Of a stretch of DNA of 64,000 bases, positions 27,752 to 37,226 are shown one piece after another. Location: positions 1 to 64,000 of IMG/VR virus record IMGVR_UViG_3300033066_001351; one strand, 5' to 3'. The translations under genes were made by a program, and so were the position numbers. Under the pieces are notes generated by a model. It saw only the letters and a list, made by a program, of their open reading frames with translations, had not been told where the DNA came from and did no database searches. This DNA is from a virus (lineage: Duplodnaviria; Caudoviricetes). The number at the start of each line of letters is the position of its first letter. Position 1 is the stretch's first letter.

Positions 27752-28987
27752 ATGCCTCCTCGTTATATGCCCGACGGCGCGGACTTCGACCACAGTTACA
27801 CACAGAAGTTCATGGGTATGCCCGCTCAACAGGCTCGCGCCAAGGGCGGCATGAGTTCTGCGGCGCCCGACCTGAATATGCCTGGCGCCCGTGCGCCGCA
27901 GAACGTCGCGAAGATGCTGGGTGCCCGCGCCGCCATGTCCGGTCTCGGCAACGTGGCACGGCGCCGCGGCGCTGTTCCTCCGATGTCCGATGCACCTGCC
28001 GCCATGTCGTCGCTTGCCGCCGCGCCGCGCCCGCCTATCCGTGGCGCCATCCCGGCACCAGCAGGCTCGCGTGTCGCGGGTGGCGTTCCGGCGATGAAGA
28101 AGGGTGGTGTCCCTGCTTTCAATAGCAAGCGCATGGGTGACGACGAGCGGTCTGAAAAGACCAAGGACAATGAGCGCGCCGAAAAGCACTTCGCCGATGG
28201 TGGCGGCGCCGGGTCCTCGCACCGCAGCGAGACGTACAAGAGCCGTGACAAGGATGCACCCGACGGATTTGCCAAGGGCGGCTTTATCAAGGGCGCGATC
28301 AAGCATCCAGGTCGTATGACGAACGCCGCCAAGCGCGCCGGCGAGTCCACTCACGACTACATGGAATCACATAAGGACTCGCCTGGCTCCCTCGGCGCCG
28401 CGGCGCGTTTCGGCCTTCGTCTTACCGGCGGCGATTTGTCGCCGAAGAAGGTGATGAAGAAGGCAGACGGTGGCGCTGTCAATCGTCGGGCGCCTATCGA
28501 TTTGTCGCCTAAAGAAATAGAAGCTATGGAGAGCGGCGCGGATAACGCGGAACGCCGCGACCGGCAAGATTATCGTGGTAGACTGCATCGCGATATAACT
28601 TCGACATACCCTGATGTAGCGGCGCAATCCGTAGCACGAAAAAAATACAATCAACCCGACATGGGTGTATCTGACGACAGCCGTGTCGGGGATATAGGGG
28701 TGGTGTTCTCTAGTCGGGCTAAAAGCAAGCAAGATACAGAGACTCCCGGCTACGCCAAGGGAGGCAAGGTCAAGCGCTTCGCTACCGGCGGCATGGTCAA
28801 ATCACCCGGCCAGGTGAACGCCAACCTACCCCCGAACCAGCGTCCACCCGTGAACCCGATGCAGACGCGTACACCCGACAATATCACTCCCGGCGGCGTG
28901 ATCGCCTACGGCGTCCAGCCTTCGATGGAACGGTCGCCGGGCGATTCGCAGATGTATGGTAATGCACTGAAGAAGCGTGGTCGCTGA
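27752..28987 (+). CDS. Low-complexity basic protein with seven xxGG motifs; putative internal virion protein
   Basis: AKGG, MKKGG, FADGG, FAKGG, KADGG, YAKGG, FATGG; FIKGAIKHPG module. Confidence 0.7.
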   Translation: MPPRYMPDGADFDHSYTQKFMGMPAQQARAKGGMSSAAPDLNMPGARAPQNVAKMLGARAAMSGLGNVARRRGAVPPMSDAPAAMSSLAAAPRPPIRGAIPAPAGSRVAGGVPAMKKGGVPAFNSKRMGDDERSEKTKDNERAEKHFADGGGAGSSHRSETYKSRDKDAPDGFAKGGFIKGAIKHPGRMTNAAKRAGESTHDYMESHKDSPGSLGAAARFGLRLTGGDLSPKKVMKKADGGAVNRRAPIDLSPKEIEAMESGADNAERRDRQDYRGRLHRDITSTYPDVAAQSVARKKYNQPDMGVSDDSRVGDIGVVFSSRAKSKQDTETPGYAKGGKVKRFATGGMVKSPGQVNANLPPNQRPPVNPMQTRTPDNITPGGVIAYGVQPSMERSPGDSQMYGNALKKRGR

Positions 28988-29214
28988 TGCACAAAGAAGT
29001 AGCACTCGCCCAATCCAGCACTATTCTTGAGTGGGCCGATGTATGGGAGCGTGACGCTTCCATGGAAGACTCCGAAGGATACGCGTCCGTAGCGTTCTAT
29101 CTCTTTAAGGCCGCTACGGCGATGCAGCGTGTGTGGGATAAGGATGCACCCGAGATCAACGGCGTCACGGTGCTGCCGAATCCTGAAGCGACCGTGGATA
29201 CGAAGGATGGGTAA
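28987..29214 (+). CDS. Hypothetical protein
   Basis: Coupled at both ends. Confidence 0.55.
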   Translation: MHKEVALAQSSTILEWADVWERDASMEDSEGYASVAFYLFKAATAMQRVWDKDAPEINGVTVLPNPEATVDTKDG

Positions 29215-30302
29215 TGGCAACCAGCGGCACGGTCAGCGGATATACGTTCAATCTCGGTCGGGTTGTTGACCACGCCTATCGGCGTGCCGGTCTAATCCCC
29301 GAACAGGTTTCCGCAGAACAACTGGAAGTTGCCCGCGATCTGGTTTTCACGCTGACATCCGAATGGGTGGCGGCGGGTTTTCCATTGTGGACCCGCAAAT
29401 ACTATATGCTCAACACGCCGATCGGTTCCGCCGATGTGGACCTACCACTCGGCACCGTTGAGGTGCTGCATTCGTATTGGCGTATGTTCAACCCGTATCG
29501 CAGCACGGCGACCACGTCTGCCGGCAACGACGCCTCTGACCTGTTTAGCGGCGAACCCGGCACCGACGTCACGATTACAGGCCCGAACGCCGCGGTCCTC
29601 GTGGACTTTGGTTCACCGACCGAAGTGGACGATATCGGTGTCTTGCTTGGCGGCGTGTCGTCTCTGACGGCAGCGGTTCTCGTGCAGACATCCGACGACG
29701 GCATCACCTATACGACGTCACAGACGCTCGACAGCACGACGTTCCAAGTAGGAAAATGGTCCTATTTTGAACTGAACCCTACGATATCAACGCAGTATAT
29801 AAAGATTGTGTTCCCGACCGGGACGTGGGCGCTGCAACAGATGAACCTGTGCCTCGCCAACAATACCGATATTGAGACGGGTCCACTCAATATAGACGAC
29901 TACTACAATTTGCCGAACCGCGTGTTTCGCTCGGATCGCCCCAACTCATCGTTCTTTGACCGCACGTTGCCGACGCCCGTTTTGAAATCTTGGCCGGTCC
30001 TGAACCAACAGGGCTTCTACAACGGCACCACGACTGTCCTGTGCCGGCGGTATATACAGGACCCCGGTCAGTTGACGAACGATGTGGAGGTTCCACAGCG
30101 GTGGCTGGAAGCGCTTATTTGGCGCCTGGCATCGTTGTTGATCTATGAGGTTCCGGTGCCGGGGCAGGACGCACAATCGTGGAAAGTGCGAGCCGACTCC
30201 ATCGAGATGAAGGCCGTGAAGGCCGAGATGATTGCGTGGTCGGAAGAGCGTGTCCGGGCGCCGATCCGTTGGTCGCCTAACCTCCGGCCATATACAACGT
30301 AA
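29214..30302 (+). CDS. Head-tail adaptor/connector protein
   Basis: MATSGT, AYRRAG, G.PLWT, YYNLPN, VPQRWLEAL..RLA. Confidence 0.75.
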   Translation: MATSGTVSGYTFNLGRVVDHAYRRAGLIPEQVSAEQLEVARDLVFTLTSEWVAAGFPLWTRKYYMLNTPIGSADVDLPLGTVEVLHSYWRMFNPYRSTATTSAGNDASDLFSGEPGTDVTITGPNAAVLVDFGSPTEVDDIGVLLGGVSSLTAAVLVQTSDDGITYTTSQTLDSTTFQVGKWSYFELNPTISTQYIKIVFPTGTWALQQMNLCLANNTDIETGPLNIDDYYNLPNRVFRSDRPNSSFFDRTLPTPVLKSWPVLNQQGFYNGTTTVLCRRYIQDPGQLTNDVEVPQRWLEALIWRLASLLIYEVPVPGQDAQSWKVRADSIEMKAVKAEMIAWSEERVRAPIRWSPNLRPYTT

Positions 30303-30317
30303 TATAGTCTGGCGCTC

Positions 30318-30379
30318 TTGCGCTAATCAGTATAAAATGCTATATGCGGGACGTCGGTTGTTGATGCAACCGACGTCCC
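30318..30379 (+). promoter_or_regulatory. Putative promoter and perfect 13-bp hairpin upstream of a homing endonuclease
   Basis: TTGCGC-17-TATATG; GGGACGTCGGTTG-TTGATG-CAACCGACGTCCC. Confidence 0.5.
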
Positions 30380-30407
30380 TAACCTTTATCGAGTGGAGAC
30401 CTCGAAA

Positions 30408-31331
30408 ATGGCTTATGTCGCTATAGACGGTATCACGTACATTTACAAGATTGATTGTTGTGTTGAAGGCGTCGGGTCCTATATCGGACGGACTAACAAT
30501 GTTGAACGACGTTGGGGAGAGCATAAATCAAATAGTTCTGGCCGTAAACTTGTAAAAGCAATCAAAAAATACGGTAAAGACTGTTTTATCATTAACGTTT
30601 TAGAGACGTGTGATAATATAGAACAAGCAAAACAAGCAGAATTATTCTATATGAGAGAGTGCAATACTATATGGCCCGCGGGACTTAATGTTGTCGGTGG
30701 TGGAGAAGGCATATATTCCACTGAGAGTTATGAACACATTAAAGACGCAAGAACAAAAGGTTTGGTAGAACGGTGGAGCAGTGAAGCCAACAGAGAAAGG
30801 CAGTCCAAAACACTGAAAGCGAAAATGAACAGCCCCGAAATTAAACAGCAGTCGTCGGAGGCCGCAAAACGGCGATGGGCTGATCCGGAATATCGTAAAA
30901 AGCAAGCCGAGGCGCTGGAGCGTAACCCGAGGACCCACTCAGAGGCTACACGAAAGAAAATGAGCGAGTCTAGGAAACGTGTAGCGGCGGAAAAAGGGCT
31001 TACCCCTGGTGGCAAAAAACCCAAATACGGTAGCGTTAAAAACGGCGAGATAACTCGAAAAGAAATAGTGGCGCTGATACTTACGCCGGAAGAACGCGAA
31101 CGCCAAAGAATCTTAAAACTAAAGCACCGCGACGTTACCGTTAAAAACGCTACCGAAATGTCTAAAAAATACAACAAAGACCCTGAGACGATAGCCAAAA
31201 GGGCCGCGGGCCTACAAAGATACTACGCGCTACACGGAAAACCTCCTGTGACGCAGGAAACACGGGATAAGATGTCCTTGTCTCACACGGTTATATGGGC
31301 TAAAATGAAAGAGCAAAATAGCGAACGGTAA
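30408..31331 (+). CDS. GIY-YIG homing endonuclease with NUMOD3-like repeats
   Basis: YIYKI...SYIGRT...RRWGEH, AIKKYG, GLN...GGEG, HSEATRKKMSES; AT-rich codons. Confidence 0.9.
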   Translation: MAYVAIDGITYIYKIDCCVEGVGSYIGRTNNVERRWGEHKSNSSGRKLVKAIKKYGKDCFIINVLETCDNIEQAKQAELFYMRECNTIWPAGLNVVGGGEGIYSTESYEHIKDARTKGLVERWSSEANRERQSKTLKAKMNSPEIKQQSSEAAKRRWADPEYRKKQAEALERNPRTHSEATRKKMSESRKRVAAEKGLTPGGKKPKYGSVKNGEITRKEIVALILTPEERERQRILKLKHRDVTVKNATEMSKKYNKDPETIAKRAAGLQRYYALHGKPPVTQETRDKMSLSHTVIWAKMKEQNSER

Positions 31332-31333
31332 CA

Positions 31334-32035
31334 GTGCCTAAATATCTTGACACTTCTGGCAATTCTACACTGGGCATAGGCATCTGTGCCCGGTGTAGCC
31401 TTAAGTTCCCGTTAGGAGAACTGCATCCGGATCCTAATGCGCCGGGGCTACTATGTTGCACAGACGACCTAGATGTGCTAGATCCTTACAGGTTAGCACC
31501 AAAAAAACCCGACCCGATCACGCTGATGTATGCGCGGCCCGACGTGAAACTCTATCCCGGCCCAGTCCAGTATCCGGTCGATAGAATGCAGGCCGCACTT
31601 TCCGTCAATTCCGAGGAACGCACCACGGCGCAAGCCATCAGCGACGGCGCCGCGGGATTGGACGCCGAAGAAGCCATTGAAGGCGATCCTTTGGCCGCGC
31701 TTTACGCCGGACAGACGGATCCCCAAACCATCGTCGGGGCTACCTCCATTCTCGGCGTCGAAGTTGGCACGGACGACGGTATCGCCGTGGCGGCGGAAGT
31801 CACGCAGGCCAATGTCAGCACACCTTGGAAGGCGAACCGGTATTACCCGATCAACACACAGGTGACGCCTGTGAATCCCGTCGGTGAAGAAGCCGCTGGG
31901 CTGGAAATATACGTGTTTGCGTGCGTTGTTCCGGGCCTTAGTGGCGCTACGGCGCCTACATGGACGACTTATCCCGGCACCGTTGTATCCGACGGCACCG
32001 TGACGTGGATTAACATGGGACTATATCTCCCGTAA
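31334..32035 (+). CDS. Conserved virion-module protein (CxxC) with C-terminal W-rich small domain
   Basis: GICARCSLKF..EL..DPN.PGL..C...D..DPY; WKANRYY...G.SGATAPTW...DGTVTW. Confidence 0.7.
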   Translation: MPKYLDTSGNSTLGIGICARCSLKFPLGELHPDPNAPGLLCCTDDLDVLDPYRLAPKKPDPITLMYARPDVKLYPGPVQYPVDRMQAALSVNSEERTTAQAISDGAAGLDAEEAIEGDPLAALYAGQTDPQTIVGATSILGVEVGTDDGIAVAAEVTQANVSTPWKANRYYPINTQVTPVNPVGEEAAGLEIYVFACVVPGLSGATAPTWTTYPGTVVSDGTVTWINMGLYLP

Positions 32036-32075
32036 GGTAACATAAGTGTTACTCACATTGTGAATAGGTGAATCA

Positions 32076-34364
32076 ATGTCCGATCTGACGGTTGATGCGC
32101 AGTTGTCGGCCATACGGCAACAGATTGACACCGCCGTGCAGGCTTTGACACAGATGGCCTCGTCCATCGACACACTTGCCGCCCAATTCAGCATCCCGAC
32201 ACCGGACCCTTCCGCGGCGATTAACGCCCGGTTTGACGCGCTTGAGGCATCGCTTGCTGCCTTGCGCGCTGAACTTGTGAACCGTATCGCCGCGCTGGAA
32301 GCACGTCCTATCCCGGCGCCGGACCCTGATCCGGATCCCGTTCCAGACCCCGATCCAGTCCCCGACCCCGATCCAATTCCCGATCCGGACCCTATTCCTG
32401 ACCCGACGCCGCTCCCCAACCCTAGCGACGTGTCGCTGCTTATCACACTCGTCAACGAAACTTCGGCGACGCTTCCGGCGCGGTTCATAACTTTTGGGAA
32501 AACTTTCCTGAAAGGCCAAGTCCCCAGCACCTACCGCCTCGTTTGCTTCGCGAACGGCGGCCCTATCCTGAGCCAAATGGATGTGAAAACAACCTATCCC
32601 GATGGGTTTATCAGGCACGCCATCGTCACGATAAAACAGCCTGACATCGCGCCAAACGCTTCGGTGCCTGTGACATTCACCACGAATGAGGCCCCGGCTA
32701 CCGCGTCACCCGTCAATCTCGCCTCCCGAGTCTCTGACTTGGACATGCAAGTAGTCCTAACACCACGCGGCGGCCTTGGTGTTGCGGTAGGTATCGCGCA
32801 CGTGTTCGATGTAGGCCCGTATCTCCGTGGTGCCGTAACTTCCGGTATGGCGTCGCCGTGGCTGCATGGTCCATTGGTATCGGAATCGCGCGGATCGATC
32901 GCTATCGGCGGTTCAATGCGTATCGTGTTTGACGTCGCGGCCTACGTCGATGGGACCTACCGCACCGACGTGCAGTTCTGTAACGACGGAACTATGCAGC
33001 AGGTTGGCGGAAAAATGACCTATGATTCGGTCATAACGTGGGCAGGCGTGGCCGTCGATACGCAGATCGGATTAGGCCATTACCAATATCAGACGTGGCA
33101 CAAGACCTTGTGGAGTGGCGGGGAACCGCCCGTCACGCTGCGCCACGACATCGCAAGTCTGATCAAGACCGGCTCTATCCTACCGTTTCGCCTTGACGCC
33201 CCTCTCCCAGCGCAGATATTTCTTGATCAGGCGATCGGCATGTCCGCACCGGACTGGGGCCAGCCACTCGCGCCGAACGGCGTCACGAAATACATGCCAA
33301 CGACTGGTGGCCGCGCTGATATCGGCGCTACAACCCTCGGCGTCGCTGTTTGGTTGATCCGTCAAGACAAAGACAGTCAGAAATACGCGCTGGCTCAAGC
33401 TGACGCTTCCGGCGCCGTGCCTTGGCACTTCTTTGACGTCGCGGACAACCGCTATCTGACGCTGGACAAATATCCGACACTGTGGGCCGATGGCCGCGGC
33501 ACTCCAACCCTCACGCAGCCAGTAACGCCGCCGGGTGACGATCGTGGGTGGACGCCAGACACGTCACATCAGCCCGATTTGACTTACGTACCTTACATTT
33601 TGACAGGATCCCGGTACTATCTGGATCAAATTAACGCACAGGCGACCTTCAACACCTTCGTGACGTGGAATTTCTACCGCAAGGACGCACTCGGCATCAT
33701 CGCCAACGGGCAAGATCAGGTCCGCGGCCAGGCATGGGGTATGCGCGCTCTGGATCGGGCGGCGCACGCCAATCCCGATGGGTCCCGCGAGAAGGAATAC
33801 TATTCGCGCATATCGGTGAACAATTGGACTTTCCTGAACAACCAGATTCCAGCGTGGACCGCGCAACAGGGCGAGGCGTACGGTCAAGTTGCTGGTGGAT
33901 ACGGCGACGGTTTCCGAATGGCGCCGTGGCAGCAAGACTTCTTCGCGACGACCGCGGCGCAGTCCGCTCTTATGGGTATTTCCGGCGCCGCCAGTTTCTT
34001 GACGTGGATGGAAACTTTCCTTGTCGGGCGCTTTCAAGCCGCTGCAAAGGGCTTTTCTCCTTACGACGGCGTCGCTTACAACATGATAACGATAAAGGTG
34101 GATGGCGCGACGCGCACACCGTTGATGACGTGGGATGCTATCGGCAAGGAAATGGCGGCTTCAGGGGCGTCCAACTACGGGAGTTGGTCAAACGAGGGAA
34201 ACGTCTACGCCTACACGGCTATACCTGCGCTTATTTCGTTGCTGCATGTAGCGGACCGACCGGCTACTCGCACTGTGCTGTCGTGGCTCCTGAGCACTAA
34301 CCCGCCTCACGGCACGGCGGCTGAATTGGCGGGGATGCCGAACTACAATTTGGCTATGCCGTAG
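32076..34364 (+). CDS. Large protein: coiled coil, (PD)n linker, putative carbohydrate-active alpha/alpha-barrel domain
   Basis: DVKTTYPDGFIRHA, YMPTTGGRADIG, DTSHQPDL.YVPY.LTG..YYLD, QVRGQAWGMR. Confidence 0.7.
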   Translation: MSDLTVDAQLSAIRQQIDTAVQALTQMASSIDTLAAQFSIPTPDPSAAINARFDALEASLAALRAELVNRIAALEARPIPAPDPDPDPVPDPDPVPDPDPIPDPDPIPDPTPLPNPSDVSLLITLVNETSATLPARFITFGKTFLKGQVPSTYRLVCFANGGPILSQMDVKTTYPDGFIRHAIVTIKQPDIAPNASVPVTFTTNEAPATASPVNLASRVSDLDMQVVLTPRGGLGVAVGIAHVFDVGPYLRGAVTSGMASPWLHGPLVSESRGSIAIGGSMRIVFDVAAYVDGTYRTDVQFCNDGTMQQVGGKMTYDSVITWAGVAVDTQIGLGHYQYQTWHKTLWSGGEPPVTLRHDIASLIKTGSILPFRLDAPLPAQIFLDQAIGMSAPDWGQPLAPNGVTKYMPTTGGRADIGATTLGVAVWLIRQDKDSQKYALAQADASGAVPWHFFDVADNRYLTLDKYPTLWADGRGTPTLTQPVTPPGDDRGWTPDTSHQPDLTYVPYILTGSRYYLDQINAQATFNTFVTWNFYRKDALGIIANGQDQVRGQAWGMRALDRAAHANPDGSREKEYYSRISVNNWTFLNNQIPAWTAQQGEAYGQVAGGYGDGFRMAPWQQDFFATTAAQSALMGISGAASFLTWMETFLVGRFQAAAKGFSPYDGVAYNMITIKVDGATRTPLMTWDAIGKEMAASGASNYGSWSNEGNVYAYTAIPALISLLHVADRPATRTVLSWLLSTNPPHGTAAELAGMPNYNLAMP
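32311..32422 (+). repeat. Pro-Asp linker repeat
   Basis: PAPDPDPDPVPDPDPVPDPDPIPDPDPIPDPTPLPNP. Confidence 0.85.
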
Positions 34365-34458
34365 TCTTCATTTCGTGACAAAACCACGGCAAAGTTGCGC
34401 TATTTGGTGATTAGACGCTATATTAGAGACAGCCGTCGCTCAAAGGGTAAATTTCATT

Positions 34459-37200
34459 ATGCCGACGTACGCGTCTCTAGTCAAGATTTCAAATCTCCCC
34501 GCGGCGACGCTTCCTACGACGCCGGGGACGAACCTTGCCGTCTTGTCGCAGGGCAGCGACGGCCTCGCTTACAAAGTCAGCATCAATGATTTTGTAAGTG
34601 GCGCAACGGCGTCTAGTTTCACGATTGGCACAGCGACTGTAACGGGTAATGCGTCCGTCGGCGGGACACTGAGTGTAACCGGTACGTCTACGCTTGGCAC
34701 TGTTAACGCTTCTGGTGCTGTAGCCCTCAATAGCACGTTAAACGTAGTCGGCACGTCTACCCTTGGTGTCGTAAACGCTTCGGGGGTCGTTACCCTTTCG
34801 AGTGCTGGAGCAGCGTTGGTTGTAACCAACAACGCGACTGTCGGTGGCACGTTTGGTGTAACAGGCACGTCTACCCTTGGTGTCGTAAACGCTTCAGGGG
34901 TCGTTACCCTTTCGAGTGCTGGAACAGCGTTGGTTGTAACCAACAACGCGACTGTTGGCGGCACGCTTGGTGTAACGGGTGCCACTACGATGACCGGACT
35001 TCTTACCGCCAGCACGGGGGCGATAATTGGTTCAGATACGTTTGCCGGCGTAGAGTTAGCACTAAACGGTTCCGCGGCGTCTCTTCGGCCTATCCGGTGG
35101 CGCTCCGTTGGCGTAGATCGCATGTCGCTGGGTATGAACGGCGCGAACAGTGATCTTGTTATAGGTCGCTATTTTGACACAGGTGTTCTCATAGAGAATG
35201 CGCTTACCATATCGCGAGAGACGGGTTTTATTACAGCCGCCAAGTCAATTGGGTCTAGCACCCGTGTTACTACGCCGAAAATTCAAAATTCGTCAACGGC
35301 CACAACAGCCGTAACAAGTTTGTCTGGCGACGGTGCGGCTATTACGGTAGGGTACTCCGGCGCGGCACTGGCCGTAGGGACGCAGATAACACTTACAAAC
35401 AACACGCCCGCTACTTACGACGGGCTGTACGTTGTGGCCGCATCTCCCGCGCCATCGTCCGGCAGTTTTACTGTAGCGGGTACAGCAACCGGCACAGTGA
35501 CCGAACTCGGCGCGTTTATCACGTACAACAACAGCGCGCAAAGTTGGACTGGATCAACGTATCCGAACGACTACGCCGCGTTTATCCAACGGTACACGCC
35601 GTCTGGAACACCTGCATCCGGGTTGGTGGCGTATAATTATTACGCAATTAGCACAGATACAGTGGACGGTACGAATGCCGCAGCCACGCCTGCGGGCATC
35701 CGAGTCGATCACAATTTTGGCGGTGCGATTAAGGGCGGTCGATTTGGGTTGATATACAACCTGACGCAAACCAGTGCGACTGATGCGGGTCTCGGAACAG
35801 GGCCTCCCGGTGGTGATTTTATTCCAGGTACGTTTTTCGCAAATTTTGCGTTTAACAATGGCGGTACGGGTCATGACATCGGCGGTGGCCCTAACAAGGC
35901 TAAAGGCGGCGCTTACGCACTGTATCCCCAAATTGTCGCCTCCGCGGGCGCCACGTTCTGGGATCATTTTGTTGGCGCCGAATGGGATTTTCAAATTAAA
36001 GCCGCGCCTAATCATAAAATAGGACAGCATATCGTTCTTCTGGCGGGCGACAGTGCGCAAGGTGTGTATAACGACGTAGCCTTCGCTATTGCAGGCGATG
36101 AAGGCGTTCCGGGCTGGCGGTCTGGTATATCGTTTGGTGAGCGCACCGCGTCTATGGCGCTTGATCCTCTAGCGACACTGATCGAAATCCCATCCCGCCT
36201 TAACGCCAGCAACAGGAACAATTTGCTGCTGAACGGCGTCAACATTCAGTTAGCCAACATATCAGGGTCCGCGTTCACATCCGTAGGTTTCGGCGTTACC
36301 GGCGACGGGTCAATCAATACAGGCCCGCTCGCTATTTCCCGTACGGCGACTACTAGCGCGGTCGATTCAAAGCGATTCAAAGCAGCCATAAGCGGTATAT
36401 CGAGTGGTGGGGCCGGATATCAGGCGCTGCAGGAGATATACATTCTTGGCGGTATTATACGCATTGACACGGTAGTTGCTGGCGCTGTTACAGCCGCAAC
36501 CATCATTAAGGATATTTATCAGGATGCCGTGCCGTCCAACCCACAGGGCGGATCCGGTGGCGGCGGTGGCGACGGCACGGCAGCTTATTTCCCCGCCAAT
36601 CAGGCCAAGTTCAATTTCACTTGGACGCAAATAACGACGCTGCAACTTCAAGCAAGCGGTGGCGTAACCATCTTCGGCAACGCCACCACGCCGATTACAC
36701 CTACTTCGGCGGGTACAACCTACACGCCGAATGTGCAGATACTCGCGACCGGTGCCGCGGCGTCGTCCGCCACGGCGCGGTTCTCTGCCAATGCCAACGG
36801 TTCGCGTATCGCGCTGGTGAAATCGCGCAACGCGTCAATTGGCGGTCATACCGCGGTTCAATCCGCCGACGACCTCGGCAGGTTTGAGTGGTATGGCGAC
36901 GATGGAACGGATTACCTGGCGGGCGCCCGTGTCAGCGCGATTGTAGACGGAGCCGTCAGTGCCGGCGTTGTTCCGACTGCGCTGGTATCCTATACGGCGG
37001 CCAGCGGATCCACTCCCACTGAACGGTTCCGTATTGGTTCCGACGGTATTTTGCAGGGTGCGGCGCCTTCATGGTCTGCCAACGGCGCCGTGGCAACGGT
37101 CTTGACAGGTATCGGCCCAACAGGATCGCACACAACCGTGCAGGAATGGTTTACAGTAAAGAACGCGGCGGGAGTTACCCGCTATATTCCAGCTTTCTGA
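34459..37200 (+). CDS. Tail fibre protein 1
   Basis: VKISNLP N-terminus, GTLxVTG beta repeats, C-terminal ERFRI and RYIPAF. Confidence 0.8.
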   Translation: MPTYASLVKISNLPAATLPTTPGTNLAVLSQGSDGLAYKVSINDFVSGATASSFTIGTATVTGNASVGGTLSVTGTSTLGTVNASGAVALNSTLNVVGTSTLGVVNASGVVTLSSAGAALVVTNNATVGGTFGVTGTSTLGVVNASGVVTLSSAGTALVVTNNATVGGTLGVTGATTMTGLLTASTGAIIGSDTFAGVELALNGSAASLRPIRWRSVGVDRMSLGMNGANSDLVIGRYFDTGVLIENALTISRETGFITAAKSIGSSTRVTTPKIQNSSTATTAVTSLSGDGAAITVGYSGAALAVGTQITLTNNTPATYDGLYVVAASPAPSSGSFTVAGTATGTVTELGAFITYNNSAQSWTGSTYPNDYAAFIQRYTPSGTPASGLVAYNYYAISTDTVDGTNAAATPAGIRVDHNFGGAIKGGRFGLIYNLTQTSATDAGLGTGPPGGDFIPGTFFANFAFNNGGTGHDIGGGPNKAKGGAYALYPQIVASAGATFWDHFVGAEWDFQIKAAPNHKIGQHIVLLAGDSAQGVYNDVAFAIAGDEGVPGWRSGISFGERTASMALDPLATLIEIPSRLNASNRNNLLLNGVNIQLANISGSAFTSVGFGVTGDGSINTGPLAISRTATTSAVDSKRFKAAISGISSGGAGYQALQEIYILGGIIRIDTVVAGAVTAATIIKDIYQDAVPSNPQGGSGGGGGDGTAAYFPANQAKFNFTWTQITTLQLQASGGVTIFGNATTPITPTSAGTTYTPNVQILATGAAASSATARFSANANGSRIALVKSRNASIGGHTAVQSADDLGRFEWYGDDGTDYLAGARVSAIVDGAVSAGVVPTALVSYTAASGSTPTERFRIGSDGILQGAAPSWSANGAVATVLTGIGPTGSHTTVQEWFTVKNAAGVTRYIPAF
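34750..34977 (+). repeat. 114-bp near-perfect tandem duplication within tail fibre 1
   Basis: GTSTLGVVNASGVVTLSSAG[AT]ALVVTNNATVGGT[FL]GVT twice. Confidence 0.9.
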
Positions 37201-37226
37201 TTTTCAGGATCGTTTGAGGTATTAAA

